Shown here piece by piece: positions 52,298 to 61,247 of a DNA stretch of 64,000 nt. The translations under genes were made by a program, and so were the position numbers. Below the pieces are notes generated by a model. The model searched no databases and was not told where the DNA came from. It saw only the letters and a list, made by a program, of their open reading frames with translations. This DNA is from an uncultured Aliarcobacter sp. (GTDB lineage: Bacteria > Campylobacterota > Campylobacteria > Campylobacterales > Arcobacteraceae). Location: the NCBI GenBank assembly GCA_963664305.2, contig CAXXLV010000001.1:448001-512000 (forward strand). The letters are read 5' to 3'. The stretch's first letter is position 1. Each line of letters begins with the position of its first letter.

Positions 52298-53251
52298 CTA
52301 TTTACTTAATCTATTAAGAATAGTTGTATATCCACTTAAAATTTTATCTTTTATTTCTTGTGGTACAACAACATCTAATTTTTGACCAGCTTTTAATTCT
52401 TTTGCTTGTTCTTTCCAGTTTTGAGCTTTTCCAAAATCTCTTAAAATTTGTTTATCCATAGAGATATAATTACCTGCATCAAAATCTTCTTTAGAGATAA
52501 ATCTTGAACTTTCAGGAGTTAAAATTTCATCTCCTAAAATCCATTCACCTTTTGAATTTACGAAAACTTCAAGTTTTGTATCAACTACAATAATTCCATT
52601 CTCTTCTGCAAATTTAGTAAAATCTTTAAATAGTTTTTCTAAACTAGAAATAATCTCAGGGAAAGTTTCTCTTACTTTTTGAGAATTTAAAGGAATATCT
52701 TTTACACCTTTTGTTGTAGGAGTAAATAATGGTGTTTCAAATTTTGACCACTCTTTTAAATCAGAAGAAAGATTTAATCCATAAGGGTCTTGTCCTTTTT
52801 GTGTTGCTTCAAATAAAGAACCTGTTAAATAATTTCTAAAAATTAATTCAAATTGAACTACTTCTCCATCAATTTCTGCTTCTAATGCTTTACATAATTC
52901 CATCAATTGGCATCTTGGAGCTACACTTAAATTTTGGTCAACTGTTTCATCTAAAATTGCTGTTCTAATTCCAGATTGTTTTGCAAATTTTGCACCATTA
53001 TTTGAAATTGCAGTTTGAGAAACACCTTTTCCTTCAATTTCAAGATTTAATGGAATATCAAATACCGAACATCTATCACTTCTAACTAATAAAACTTTTG
53101 CATCATCACCTGGACAAGTATAAAGGTCTGCATTTTTTCCAATATAAAATAAGTTGTAACCTAACTCTTCAAGTTCTGCAATACCTTTTTGAGTTGTAGT
53201 TTTTTTTGATTCTGGCCAAAGACCAAGTGCTACAATATCACTAATTTTCAT
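52298..53251 (-). CDS. purC: SAICAR synthetase (long, ADE1-like type)
   Basis: SDRCSVFD, RNYLTGS, FTPTTK, DTKLE, DEILTPESSRF and DKQILR motifs; upstream of purS. Confidence 0.9.
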   Translation of the reverse strand: MKISDIVALGLWPESKKTTTQKGIAELEELGYNLFYIGKNADLYTCPGDDAKVLLVRSDRCSVFDIPLNLEIEGKGVSQTAISNNGAKFAKQSGIRTAILDETVDQNLSVAPRCQLMELCKALEAEIDGEVVQFELIFRNYLTGSLFEATQKGQDPYGLNLSSDLKEWSKFETPLFTPTTKGVKDIPLNSQKVRETFPEIISSLEKLFKDFTKFAEENGIIVVDTKLEVFVNSKGEWILGDEILTPESSRFISKEDFDAGNYISMDKQILRDFGKAQNWKEQAKELKAGQKLDVVVPQEIKDKILSGYTTILNRLSK

Positions 53252-53262
53252 TAAAATTCCTA

Positions 53263-54561
53263 TTATTTATTCATTATTATTAAACTTTTCAAGATTGCTA
53301 ATGAAGTATTCAATTGATTATCTTCTAGTAAATCTTCACCTGTTATTACTTTTTTAGTTTCATCATTCATAACTTTTAATTCTTCTTTTTTTACATCATC
53401 TACTTTTTCAAGTTCTCCTTCAAGATGTTTTTTCAAATCAGCTTCTTTTATTTTTATTGCATTGTCATCACTTTGAGTTACTTTACCTGCAGCTACTATA
53501 ATATCTGGAGTTACTCCTGTTGCTTGGATAGTTCTTCCACTTGGTAAATAATATTTAGCAATAGTTAATTTAATATTTTCACTTCTTTCATTGTCGATTG
53601 GAAGTACAGCTTGCACTGAACCTTTTCCAAATGTTTTTTCTCCAATAACAACTGCTCTTTTGTGATCTTGTAAAGAACCACTTACGATTTCAGAAGCAGA
53701 TGCAGAACCTTCATTTACAATTACAACTAAAGGTAATTTTGTTTTAGTATTAAAACTACTTGCTTCAAATTTTTCTTCATCTTCAGCTGTTCTTCCTTTT
53801 TGAGAAACAATAACACCTTTGTCAACAAATAAATCTACAACACCTATTGCTTGATTTAATAAACCACCTGGATTATTTCTTAAATCTAAAATAAACCCTT
53901 TAATATTTTTATTTTCACTTATAATTTTTTCTAAATCTTCTGTAACTTTTGTATCAAAACTTGAAATTCTTAAATACATTACATCTTCTTTTTCTATTTT
54001 CTTAGCAAAAACTGATTGTATTTTTATAATATCTCTTTTCATTTTTATTTCAAGTGGTTTCAATTCACCTTTTCTTACAACAGTTACAACAATATCGGTT
54101 TTAGGTTCACCTCTCATAAGATTTACTGCTTCATCTAAAGTCATACCTATTGTTGATGTTTCATTGATTTTTAAAATAATATCACCAGATTTAATACCTG
54201 CTTTAAAAGCTGGAGTATCATCAATTGGAGAAATAACAGTTAAAGCACCGTCTCTCATTCCAACAGTTATTCCTAATCCACCAAACTCACCTTTAGTTTG
54301 AATACTCATCTCTTTTGATGCTTTTTTATCAAGATATGTTGAATGTGCGTCTAATTCTTGCATTAAACCTTTTAATGCTTTGTCAACTATTTCTTGAAGT
54401 TTAATATCATCAACATAATATTTTTCAACTGTTCCTATTACTTTTGTTAGTTTAGATAACGATTCAAACCTACTTTGTTCAGTTTGAACAACTTCCTCTT
54501 TTGAGAAAAGAGATTGTGATAAAATTAATGCAATTGTGGAAGCTAATATTATTCTATTCAT
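53263..54561 (-). CDS. ctpA: S41 carboxyl-terminal processing protease with PDZ domain
   Basis: GEFGGLGI, LDLRNNPGGLL, SASASE and FGKGSVQ motifs. Confidence 0.93.
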   Translation of the reverse strand: MNRIILASTIALILSQSLFSKEEVVQTEQSRFESLSKLTKVIGTVEKYYVDDIKLQEIVDKALKGLMQELDAHSTYLDKKASKEMSIQTKGEFGGLGITVGMRDGALTVISPIDDTPAFKAGIKSGDIILKINETSTIGMTLDEAVNLMRGEPKTDIVVTVVRKGELKPLEIKMKRDIIKIQSVFAKKIEKEDVMYLRISSFDTKVTEDLEKIISENKNIKGFILDLRNNPGGLLNQAIGVVDLFVDKGVIVSQKGRTAEDEEKFEASSFNTKTKLPLVVIVNEGSASASEIVSGSLQDHKRAVVIGEKTFGKGSVQAVLPIDNERSENIKLTIAKYYLPSGRTIQATGVTPDIIVAAGKVTQSDDNAIKIKEADLKKHLEGELEKVDDVKKEELKVMNDETKKVITGEDLLEDNQLNTSLAILKSLIIMNK

Positions 54562-54675
54562 TTTTTTAATAACCTTTAAAATTTATAGAAAAAAATTATA
54601 CAAAAAACTTTATAAAAGTAAGATTTTATTAAAAATCTTGTACCATATCAACTACTTTAGAAAAAGGTCATTAAA

Positions 54676-55254
54676 ATGAGTATAAAAGAAGATGTTAATT
54701 ATGTAAAAAATGAACTAAGTAACGAAGAGAAATTTCTCGAAAATTTCGTGAAAGGTGAAAGATTTTTTAAAAAATATAAAACATTAATCTTTGCATTTAT
54801 AGTTATAATCATTGTTGGGTCAATTGGTATCATAATCAAAAAAAATATTGATAATGCAAATAAATTTGAAGCAAATGTTGCTCTTAACAATTATCTAAAT
54901 AATGGTGATAAAAAAGCTTTAGAAATATTAAAAAACAATAATCAAAAACTTTACGAGATTGCACTATTTTTAGAAGCAAAAAAAGAAAATAAATCTGCTC
55001 AAATTGATATTCCAATGTTAAAAGAGTTAATGGAATTTCAACTTGCAACACAAAGTAACAGTATTGAAAAATTAGATAATTTATCATTACAAAATGATTT
55101 TTTGATTAAAGAATTTGCAATATTTAACAAAGCACTAATTTTAGTTAATGAAGGGAAATATGAAGAAGCTAAAACTTCATTAAATAAAATTCCACAAACT
55201 TCAAAAGCATATGAATTAGCTAATTTACTAAATCACTACTTACTTACAAAATAA
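54676..55254 (+). CDS. YfgM-like single-TM TPR-type protein
   Basis: Short acidic N-terminus, FFKKYK plus TM helix, helical TPR-like C-terminus (ALILVNEGKYEEAK). Confidence 0.6.
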   Translation: MSIKEDVNYVKNELSNEEKFLENFVKGERFFKKYKTLIFAFIVIIIVGSIGIIIKKNIDNANKFEANVALNNYLNNGDKKALEILKNNNQKLYEIALFLEAKKENKSAQIDIPMLKELMEFQLATQSNSIEKLDNLSLQNDFLIKEFAIFNKALILVNEGKYEEAKTSLNKIPQTSKAYELANLLNHYLLTK

Positions 55255-55263
55255 GGAAAAAAC

Positions 55264-56247
55264 ATGAAATATTTATTGGTTTCATTATCAGCGCTACTTT
55301 TATTTACAGCTTGTTCTAGTAAAAAATATTATGAACCAGAAGATGTAAGTAGCAACATAGAATTAAACAAAGAGTCAATGTCTTCATCAATCAAATCTAT
55401 GAATAAAATAGGTGCTACACTAGATGATAATAGAATTATCACAAAAAATGGTATATCTGAATTTGAGTTACCAGAAGGTTTTGATTTTATAAATCTAACT
55501 GACGATGGAAAAGTAATAGCAACTAATTATATTGATAAATTATTAATTGGAAATCAAGAGAAAAAAGTTAAAGATGTAGTTGTTGCAGCAACTATTAAAA
55601 ATGGTAAATTAGCTGTTGTTTACTCAAATAATACAATTGAACTAATTGATATGAATACTGATAAAACTTTATTTAAAGAGTATTTACCTTTATCATTAGC
55701 AAATGATACAAGAATTGCAAATCCATATTTTATGGGTAACTTGATTTTATTCCCAACATTAAATGGAAAAGTAATTATTGTTTCTGCAATTAATAATGAA
55801 TCAGTTAAAAATATAGCTGTTGACCCTGATAATGAATTTAATAATATCATTTCATTAAATGTAATAGAAAGTAGTCAAACATTAATCGTTGCTAGTCCAA
55901 ATAAAATTGTTTCAATTTCTCCAAAAGAAGTTTTATCAAAAGAGTATGACTTAAGAGATATTATTGTAAATAAAGAGAATGTATATATCGCAACTGTTGA
56001 TGGACAACTAATCAAATTAACAGCTAACTTAGAAGAAGTTGCAAAGAAAAAATACAAATATGCAAAAATTCATGCTTTAGCATTTACTGATTCATTATAT
56101 GCTGTTGAATCTCAAGGTTTTTTAATAAACGTAAGTGCTGATTTTAAACAAGATGCAGTTTATGATTTCAGTTTCGATAATGAAGAAAGAATGATTGCAG
56201 TTGGAAATAGAATATACTATAACTCTAAATATATAACTCTTCCATAA
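55264..56247 (+). CDS. Beta-propeller lipoprotein (PQQ/BamB-like; Campylobacterota PgbB-like family)
   Basis: Lipobox FTAC; repeated beta-blade motifs LILFPTLNGKVIIV and VYIATVDGQLIKL. Confidence 0.6.
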   Translation: MKYLLVSLSALLLFTACSSKKYYEPEDVSSNIELNKESMSSSIKSMNKIGATLDDNRIITKNGISEFELPEGFDFINLTDDGKVIATNYIDKLLIGNQEKKVKDVVVAATIKNGKLAVVYSNNTIELIDMNTDKTLFKEYLPLSLANDTRIANPYFMGNLILFPTLNGKVIIVSAINNESVKNIAVDPDNEFNNIISLNVIESSQTLIVASPNKIVSISPKEVLSKEYDLRDIIVNKENVYIATVDGQLIKLTANLEEVAKKKYKYAKIHALAFTDSLYAVESQGFLINVSADFKQDAVYDFSFDNEERMIAVGNRIYYNSKYITLP

Positions 56248-56254
56248 AAACTCA

Positions 56255-56289
56255 ATGATATAAGTTTGATTAAATCAAACTTACATCAT
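56255..56289. terminator. Long hairpin between the convergent lipoprotein gene and truD
   Basis: ATGATATAAGTTTGAT-taa-ATCAAACTTACATCAT, 16-bp stem with one mismatch. Confidence 0.65.
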
Positions 56290-56294
56290 CTTTA

Positions 56295-57293
56295 TTAAGC
56301 AAAATTTCTATTAGCTAAAAATTCAACTAATACAGTTGCGTATGAACCTTTTGGTAAAATAAAATCTAAACTAGATACTTTTTTTGAAGCATCATATTTA
56401 CAAGATATATCTTTTGGAAAAACTATAGCTTCTCTTCTATAACCTTTTTCTTGAATATATAAATCATCATATTTTTCTTCTATTTTTAAAGCCTCACCAA
56501 TAGATTTAAAAACTTTTCTTCCTGGAAGTAATCCTGTTGGAACTACTTTAAAATCTTTAAAGTCTTTTATTATTTTTTCTGTAATAGCTTTTGGAGTAAA
56601 TAGTTTATCTTTTTCTAAATCTAAAAAAATATCTCCATCGAGTAACTTAAATTCATTTTCATTTAATTTAAGTCTTTCTACTAACCAAGCATTAAAAAAA
56701 CTACTTTGATAAGCAGAAATTAACATTTTTGCTAACTTCCTATCTTTGATAATCTCTTCACCATAAATTACAGATTTTGCTTTATCAAGATTTTCCATAA
56801 CATCTTTACCAAATCTTTGATAACCAAAATAGTTTGGCATTCCATTTTTAGTAATAACTTTTATAATCTTTTGAATATGATTTATATCAGAAACTTCTAC
56901 ATTATGTAGATTGATTTTAAATCTATTACCTTCTAAATCACCTATATTTAGCTTTTGATTATGTAAGCATGTTTCAAGTATTTCTATTTTTTTGCTTTTA
57001 AAAAGTTTTATCTCTTTTGAATATTTTTTAGGAATTGAAATATATTGAGTAGTTGTTGCTCTTTTATCTTTTAATCCAGCATAACCTATCTCATTTGAGT
57101 AAATCCCTAGGAATTTTGCTAGTCTATCAATTAATTCCCAAGTATCACAATTTGTTTTTTTTATTTTTAAAACTAGAAAACTACCGCTTTGAGAAAATTT
57201 TATAGGTTGTTCTTCAACTATAAAATCTTCTTCATTTTGGATAAATTTAAAATCTAAAGTTTTATCGTTTAAAGGATAAAATCTTTTTATCAA
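56295..57293 (-). CDS. truD: tRNA pseudouridine(13) synthase
   Basis: EDFIVEE, YAGLKD, PNYFGYQRFG and LPKGSYAT motifs. Confidence 0.95.
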   Translation of the reverse strand: MIKRFYPLNDKTLDFKFIQNEEDFIVEEQPIKFSQSGSFLVLKIKKTNCDTWELIDRLAKFLGIYSNEIGYAGLKDKRATTTQYISIPKKYSKEIKLFKSKKIEILETCLHNQKLNIGDLEGNRFKINLHNVEVSDINHIQKIIKVITKNGMPNYFGYQRFGKDVMENLDKAKSVIYGEEIIKDRKLAKMLISAYQSSFFNAWLVERLKLNENEFKLLDGDIFLDLEKDKLFTPKAITEKIIKDFKDFKVVPTGLLPGRKVFKSIGEALKIEEKYDDLYIQEKGYRREAIVFPKDISCKYDASKKVSSLDFILPKGSYATVLVEFLANRNFA

Positions 57294-57661
57294 TTTTTTG
57301 CTCTTTTCCCAGCTTCTTGTTCGTAAACAGTTCTACACTCTGTACAAAACTTTGCAAATGGTTTAGCTTTTAATCTACCAAGAGGAATAGTTACTCCACA
57401 CATATCACAAATACCATAAGTTCCAGCAGATATTTTTTTAAGCGCATCTTCAATTTGATTTAATTCATCTAATTGATGATTTGCAATCATTCCTTCAGTG
57501 AAAGAATCACTAACAAGTTCAGCATAATCTAACTCATCATTAATATCTTGTTCTTTAAGTTGATCAATATTTGATCTACTATTTTGAATGTTCGTTAAAA
57601 TATTCTCTTTTCTTCCAAGTAATATCTCTTTTAACTCATCGATTTGATTTTTATTTGGCAT
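57290..57661 (-). CDS. dksA: RNA polymerase-binding protein DksA
   Basis: DELDYA coiled-coil tip, C4 zinc finger (CDMC...CTEC); ATG at 57661 follows SD AAGGAG. Confidence 0.9.
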   Translation of the reverse strand: MPNKNQIDELKEILLGRKENILTNIQNSRSNIDQLKEQDINDELDYAELVSDSFTEGMIANHQLDELNQIEDALKKISAGTYGICDMCGVTIPLGRLKAKPFAKFCTECRTVYEQEAGKRAKN

Positions 57662-57870
57662 ACTCTCTCTCCTTAAATATTCGCGCAATTATATACTTTT
57701 TATTATATATAATTTATTAAATAAGGCTTAAGGCTCTATTTTTAGGTATTTCATGAAAAATAAATAATATTAAAAATCACAAAAAAAAATATATTTTATA
57801 AATTTTATTGATATTTCTTTAACAGTTAATTAACTTAAAATTGCTACAATATTTTTATCAAAAGGAGTTT

Positions 57871-58131
57871 ATTATCACTACTTTATCAAAAATATATATT
57901 TCTTTTATATCAGTGTTAATATCAATGTTTATTTTCTTTATTTTTATTCATCCAACTATTAATAAAAAGATTAATTATTCATCAAAAATTACTAACATTA
58001 CAAAAATTCCTAATCTTGCTTATTCAAACAATATTTTTGAAGCTAGAATAAAAGAGTACAAAGATTATTCAACAAATCTTTATCCACTTCCAATACAAAT
58101 AAATTATTTGGATTTTGTATATGAAAAATAG
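57871..58131 (+). CDS. Small single-TM hypothetical protein leading the ABC operon (start uncertain)
   Basis: ORF overlaps the permease start. SD AAGGAG at 57862-57867 precedes in-frame ATT/ATC; the TTG in the ORF track sits on a -10-like TACAAT. Confidence 0.55.
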   Translation: MITTLSKIYISFISVLISMFIFFIFIHPTINKKINYSSKITNITKIPNLAYSNNIFEARIKEYKDYSTNLYPLPIQINYLDFVYEK

Positions 58132-59299
58132 CGTTTTTTTAAATTTCTTATTTTTACTTTTAAGTAAACACAAATCAAAACATATAGCTATTTTTATAAT
58201 TTCTATATTAATAGTTTTTTTAACATCATCTATTCTATTTTTAAAAAATTCTTTACAAAAAGAAATAAATTCTACTTTAGAAAATCAAAGTGATTTTGTA
58301 ATACAAAAAATAAATAGCGGAAAAACACAAAATATTCCTACTTCTTGGATTGATGATTTTAGTTCTATAAATGGTGTAACTTCTGTTCAACAAAGAGTTT
58401 ATGGTTTATACTATTTTATGCCAGAAAATATTTATTTTACAATTATAGGTATTGATTTTTTTGAAGAAACAACAAATAAAAATACAAAAGAACTTCTAAA
58501 TATTTTAAATATCTCTGATTTTTTAAGTGCAAACTCAATGATTATTGGAAATGGTGTAAAAAAAATCTTTGATAAATATCACTATTTTGATTCTTATGAT
58601 TTTAAACTTTCAAATAAAAATTTAGAAACTATAAAAATTTTCAAAGATTTACCAAAAGAGTCAAATATAGTTGCAAATGATTTGATAATTATGGATATAA
58701 ATCTTGCAAAAAAAATATTAAATATAAATGAAGAGGAAGCAACAGATATTATTTTAAATGTTCCAAATAATTTAGAAAGACAAAATGTAAAAGAACAAAT
58801 ATTATTAGAGCATTCAAATATAAGAGTTTTACAAAAAGATGAATTAAAAAAAATGTATGAAAATATGTTCAACTACAAAGGTGGAATATTTTTAATTTTA
58901 TTTATTGTTGTTTTATTTACTTTTATTTTGATTTTATACCAAAGATATTCAATGATAAGTTCAACTGATAAAAGAGAAATTGGTATTTTAAAAGCCGTTG
59001 GTTGGAGTATAAAAGATATTATCAAACTCAAAATCATGGAAAATTTTATAGTTGGTTTTATGGCATTTATTATTGGAGTTATTTTGGCTTATATTTTTAT
59101 ATTCATTTTAAATGCTCCTATTTTAAAAAATATTTTTATAGGTTTTTCAAATATTCAAAATGATTTTATAATATCTTCAAATATTGAAATAAGTAGTTTA
59201 ATCACCCTATTTTTATTTTTTATGATTCCATTTTTAAGTGCTGTTTTAATTCCTGTTTGGAAAGTTGCTATTATTGATTCTACAAAGAGTATGAAATGA
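58121..59299 (+). CDS. FtsX/MacB-type ABC transporter permease
   Basis: One TM, periplasmic domain, three [13 protein letters not shown] motif. Confidence 0.88.
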   Translation: MKNSVFLNFLFLLLSKHKSKHIAIFIISILIVFLTSSILFLKNSLQKEINSTLENQSDFVIQKINSGKTQNIPTSWIDDFSSINGVTSVQQRVYGLYYFMPENIYFTIIGIDFFEETTNKNTKELLNILNISDFLSANSMIIGNGVKKIFDKYHYFDSYDFKLSNKNLETIKIFKDLPKESNIVANDLIIMDINLAKKILNINEEEATDIILNVPNNLERQNVKEQILLEHSNIRVLQKDELKKMYENMFNYKGGIFLILFIVVLFTFILILYQRYSMISSTDKREIGILKAVGWSIKDIIKLKIMENFIVGFMAFIIGVILAYIFIFILNAPILKNIFIGFSNIQNDFIISSNIEISSLITLFLFFMIPFLSAVLIPVWKVAIIDSTKSMK

Positions 59300-59967
59300 T
59301 ACAAATAAAAAACCTAAATAAAATATTTTATGAAAATACAAAAAAAGAGTTTTATGCTCTAAAAGATATAAATTTAGAGATAGAAACTTCAACTTGTGTA
59401 ATTTTAAAAGGTATTAGTGGAAGTGGGAAATCAACTCTTTTATCACTTATTGCAACTATGGAAAAACCAACAAGTGGTGAAATTATTATTGATGATGAAA
59501 GTGTTGCTAAACTTCCAGATTTACATAGTTCTAATTTTAGAGCAAAAAAACTAGGTTTTATTTTCCAATCATATAATCTATTTAATGAATTAAGTGTAAA
59601 GGATAATGTTTCAATTCCTTTGATTCCTCTTGGATTTTCTCAAAAAGAGATAAATGAAAAAGTTTTAAAAGCTTTAGAAATAGCAAATATTTCACATAAA
59701 AAAGATGAGTTAGTATCAAATCTTTCAGGTGGAGAAAAACAAAGATGTGCAATAGCAAGAGCAATTGTAAATAATCCTGATATTATTCTTTGTGATGAAC
59801 CAACTGCAAATCTTGATTTTGATAATTCAATCAAATTTATTGAAAATTTAAAAAAGTTAAAAAAATTAAACAAAACAATTATTGTTGCAACTCACGACCC
59901 AATTTTTGATAATCTTGATTTTATTGACAACGTTATAAATATAAAAAATGGAATAATTAGTGAGTAG
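59296..59967 (+). CDS. LolD/MacB-type ABC transporter ATP-binding protein
   Basis: GISGSGKST, LSGGEKQR, CDEPTANLD and ATHD motifs. Confidence 0.92.
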   Translation: MIQIKNLNKIFYENTKKEFYALKDINLEIETSTCVILKGISGSGKSTLLSLIATMEKPTSGEIIIDDESVAKLPDLHSSNFRAKKLGFIFQSYNLFNELSVKDNVSIPLIPLGFSQKEINEKVLKALEIANISHKKDELVSNLSGGEKQRCAIARAIVNNPDIILCDEPTANLDFDNSIKFIENLKKLKKLNKTIIVATHDPIFDNLDFIDNVINIKNGIISE

Positions 59968-60928
59968 TATTTTATTATCAAACGAAGTAATTATATTTTT
60001 ATTTGTGCAAATTATTCTTTTTATTTTATTAACAATTGCTTTTTATTTTTCACTCTCTATTATAAAAAATTGGGATTTTAATAAAACAACAAACAAACAA
60101 TATAAACTTGAAAAAACCTCTTATTTAGTGATTTTAATCATTAGTTTCACGCTAATTGTAAAAATAGTTTTATTTCCCTATTTTGCTTATAGTTTAGATA
60201 ATTTATCAAATATTGTCCCAGGTGCTATGTGTGCAGCTGGAATTGTTGGAGCAAATGAATTTGGTCAAATAAATCTAGCCTTAAAAATCTTGATTTTGTT
60301 TTTTATTGGTGTTTGGTTGATAATAAACTCTTTAGATTTAAAAGAAAAAACATATCCATATACAAAGAAAAAATACTTTTTATATATTTTCATTTTTATT
60401 TTATCTATTATTGAACTTTTTTTAGATTTCTCATTTTTAGATAATATCTCTACAAAAGAACCTGTTATGTGTTGTTCTGTAATATTTGGAGTTAATAATA
60501 CTGGAACTAAAATACCTTTTGATTTATCAATTTCAAATCTTTTGATTGTTTTTTATCTTTTATATATTTTAACAACGATTTTAAGTTTACAAAAATCATC
60601 TTTTTTGAATCTAATAATAAATTTTATGTTTTTATATATTGGTTATTATGCGGTAACTTACTTTTTCTCAACCTACATATACCAACTTCCAACTCATCAA
60701 TGCCCTTTTTGTATGCTTCAAAAAGAGTATTATTTTATTGGATATTTTATTTGGGGAACTCTATTTTTAGGAACTTTTTTTGGTGTTTCAAGTTTTATTT
60801 TAAAAACTTTTATTGATAAAGATTTAGCTTATACGTATAAATACTCTTTGATATTTAATACTCTTTTTCTGTTTTTATGTTCTTTTTATGTGATTAGATA
60901 TTATTTAGTTAATGGAGTTTTTTTATAA
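59960..60928 (+). CDS. Uncharacterised polytopic membrane protein with GAMC, CC and HxCPFC motifs
   Basis: About 8 TM helices; PGAMCAAG, VMCCS and THQCPFC; GTG start overlapping the ATPase stop. Confidence 0.75.
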   Translation: MSSILLSNEVIIFLFVQIILFILLTIAFYFSLSIIKNWDFNKTTNKQYKLEKTSYLVILIISFTLIVKIVLFPYFAYSLDNLSNIVPGAMCAAGIVGANEFGQINLALKILILFFIGVWLIINSLDLKEKTYPYTKKKYFLYIFIFILSIIELFLDFSFLDNISTKEPVMCCSVIFGVNNTGTKIPFDLSISNLLIVFYLLYILTTILSLQKSSFLNLIINFMFLYIGYYAVTYFFSTYIYQLPTHQCPFCMLQKEYYFIGYFIWGTLFLGTFFGVSSFILKTFIDKDLAYTYKYSLIFNTLFLFLCSFYVIRYYLVNGVFL

Positions 60929-60955
60929 AAATCTGCGCTAAAAAAGCACAGATTT
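60929..60955. terminator. Bidirectional terminator
   Basis: AAATCTGCGCT-aaaaa-AGCACAGATTT between convergent genes. Confidence 0.7.
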
Positions 60956-60967
60956 AAAAAATATAAA

Positions 60968-61153
60968 TTATTTATTTTCAGTTTGAGCAGCTGGTGCTGT
61001 CTCTTCTTTTTGAGTTTCTTGCGCAGGAGTTGTTGCTTCAGTTTTAGTTTCTGTTGTAGTTACTTCTGTTTTAGTTTCAGGTGCTTTTTTCTCTTCTGTA
61101 CAACCTGTTAATAAAGCTACTGCTACAACTGTTCCTAATAAAATTTTTTTCAT
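60968..61153 (-). CDS. Small low-complexity Thr/Glu/Lys-rich lipoprotein
   Basis: MKKILLGTVVAVALLTGC lipobox; SD AAGGA; ETKTE repeat. Confidence 0.8.
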   Translation of the reverse strand: MKKILLGTVVAVALLTGCTEEKKAPETKTEVTTTETKTEATTPAQETQKEETAPAAQTENK

Positions 61154-61195
61154 GGATTGCGTCCTTTTTTGAATTTTTTGTTTCCTCAAAAACAA

Positions 61196-61239
61196 TGTGG
61201 AATAATATCAAAACTATTGTGGAATAATTGTGTGAAAAT
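61196..61239 (-). promoter_or_regulatory. Phased direct repeats (putative response-regulator sites) and extended -10 upstream of the small lipoprotein
   Basis: TGTGGAATAAT at 61196 and 61218, TGTGTGAAAAT at 61229; TG-n-TATTAT on the minus strand at 61202-61210. Confidence 0.5.
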
Positions 61240-61247
61240 AGCTTTTA

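Noticed and set aside
61030..61080. ETKTE repeat in the small lipoprotein as a VNTR
   Set aside because: Only two imperfect copies within a low-complexity coding region
61196..61239. Repeats resembling DnaA boxes or oriC
   Set aside because: TATTCCACA deviates from TTATCCACA/TTATTCACA and there is no dnaA-dnaN context; kept only as possible regulator sites
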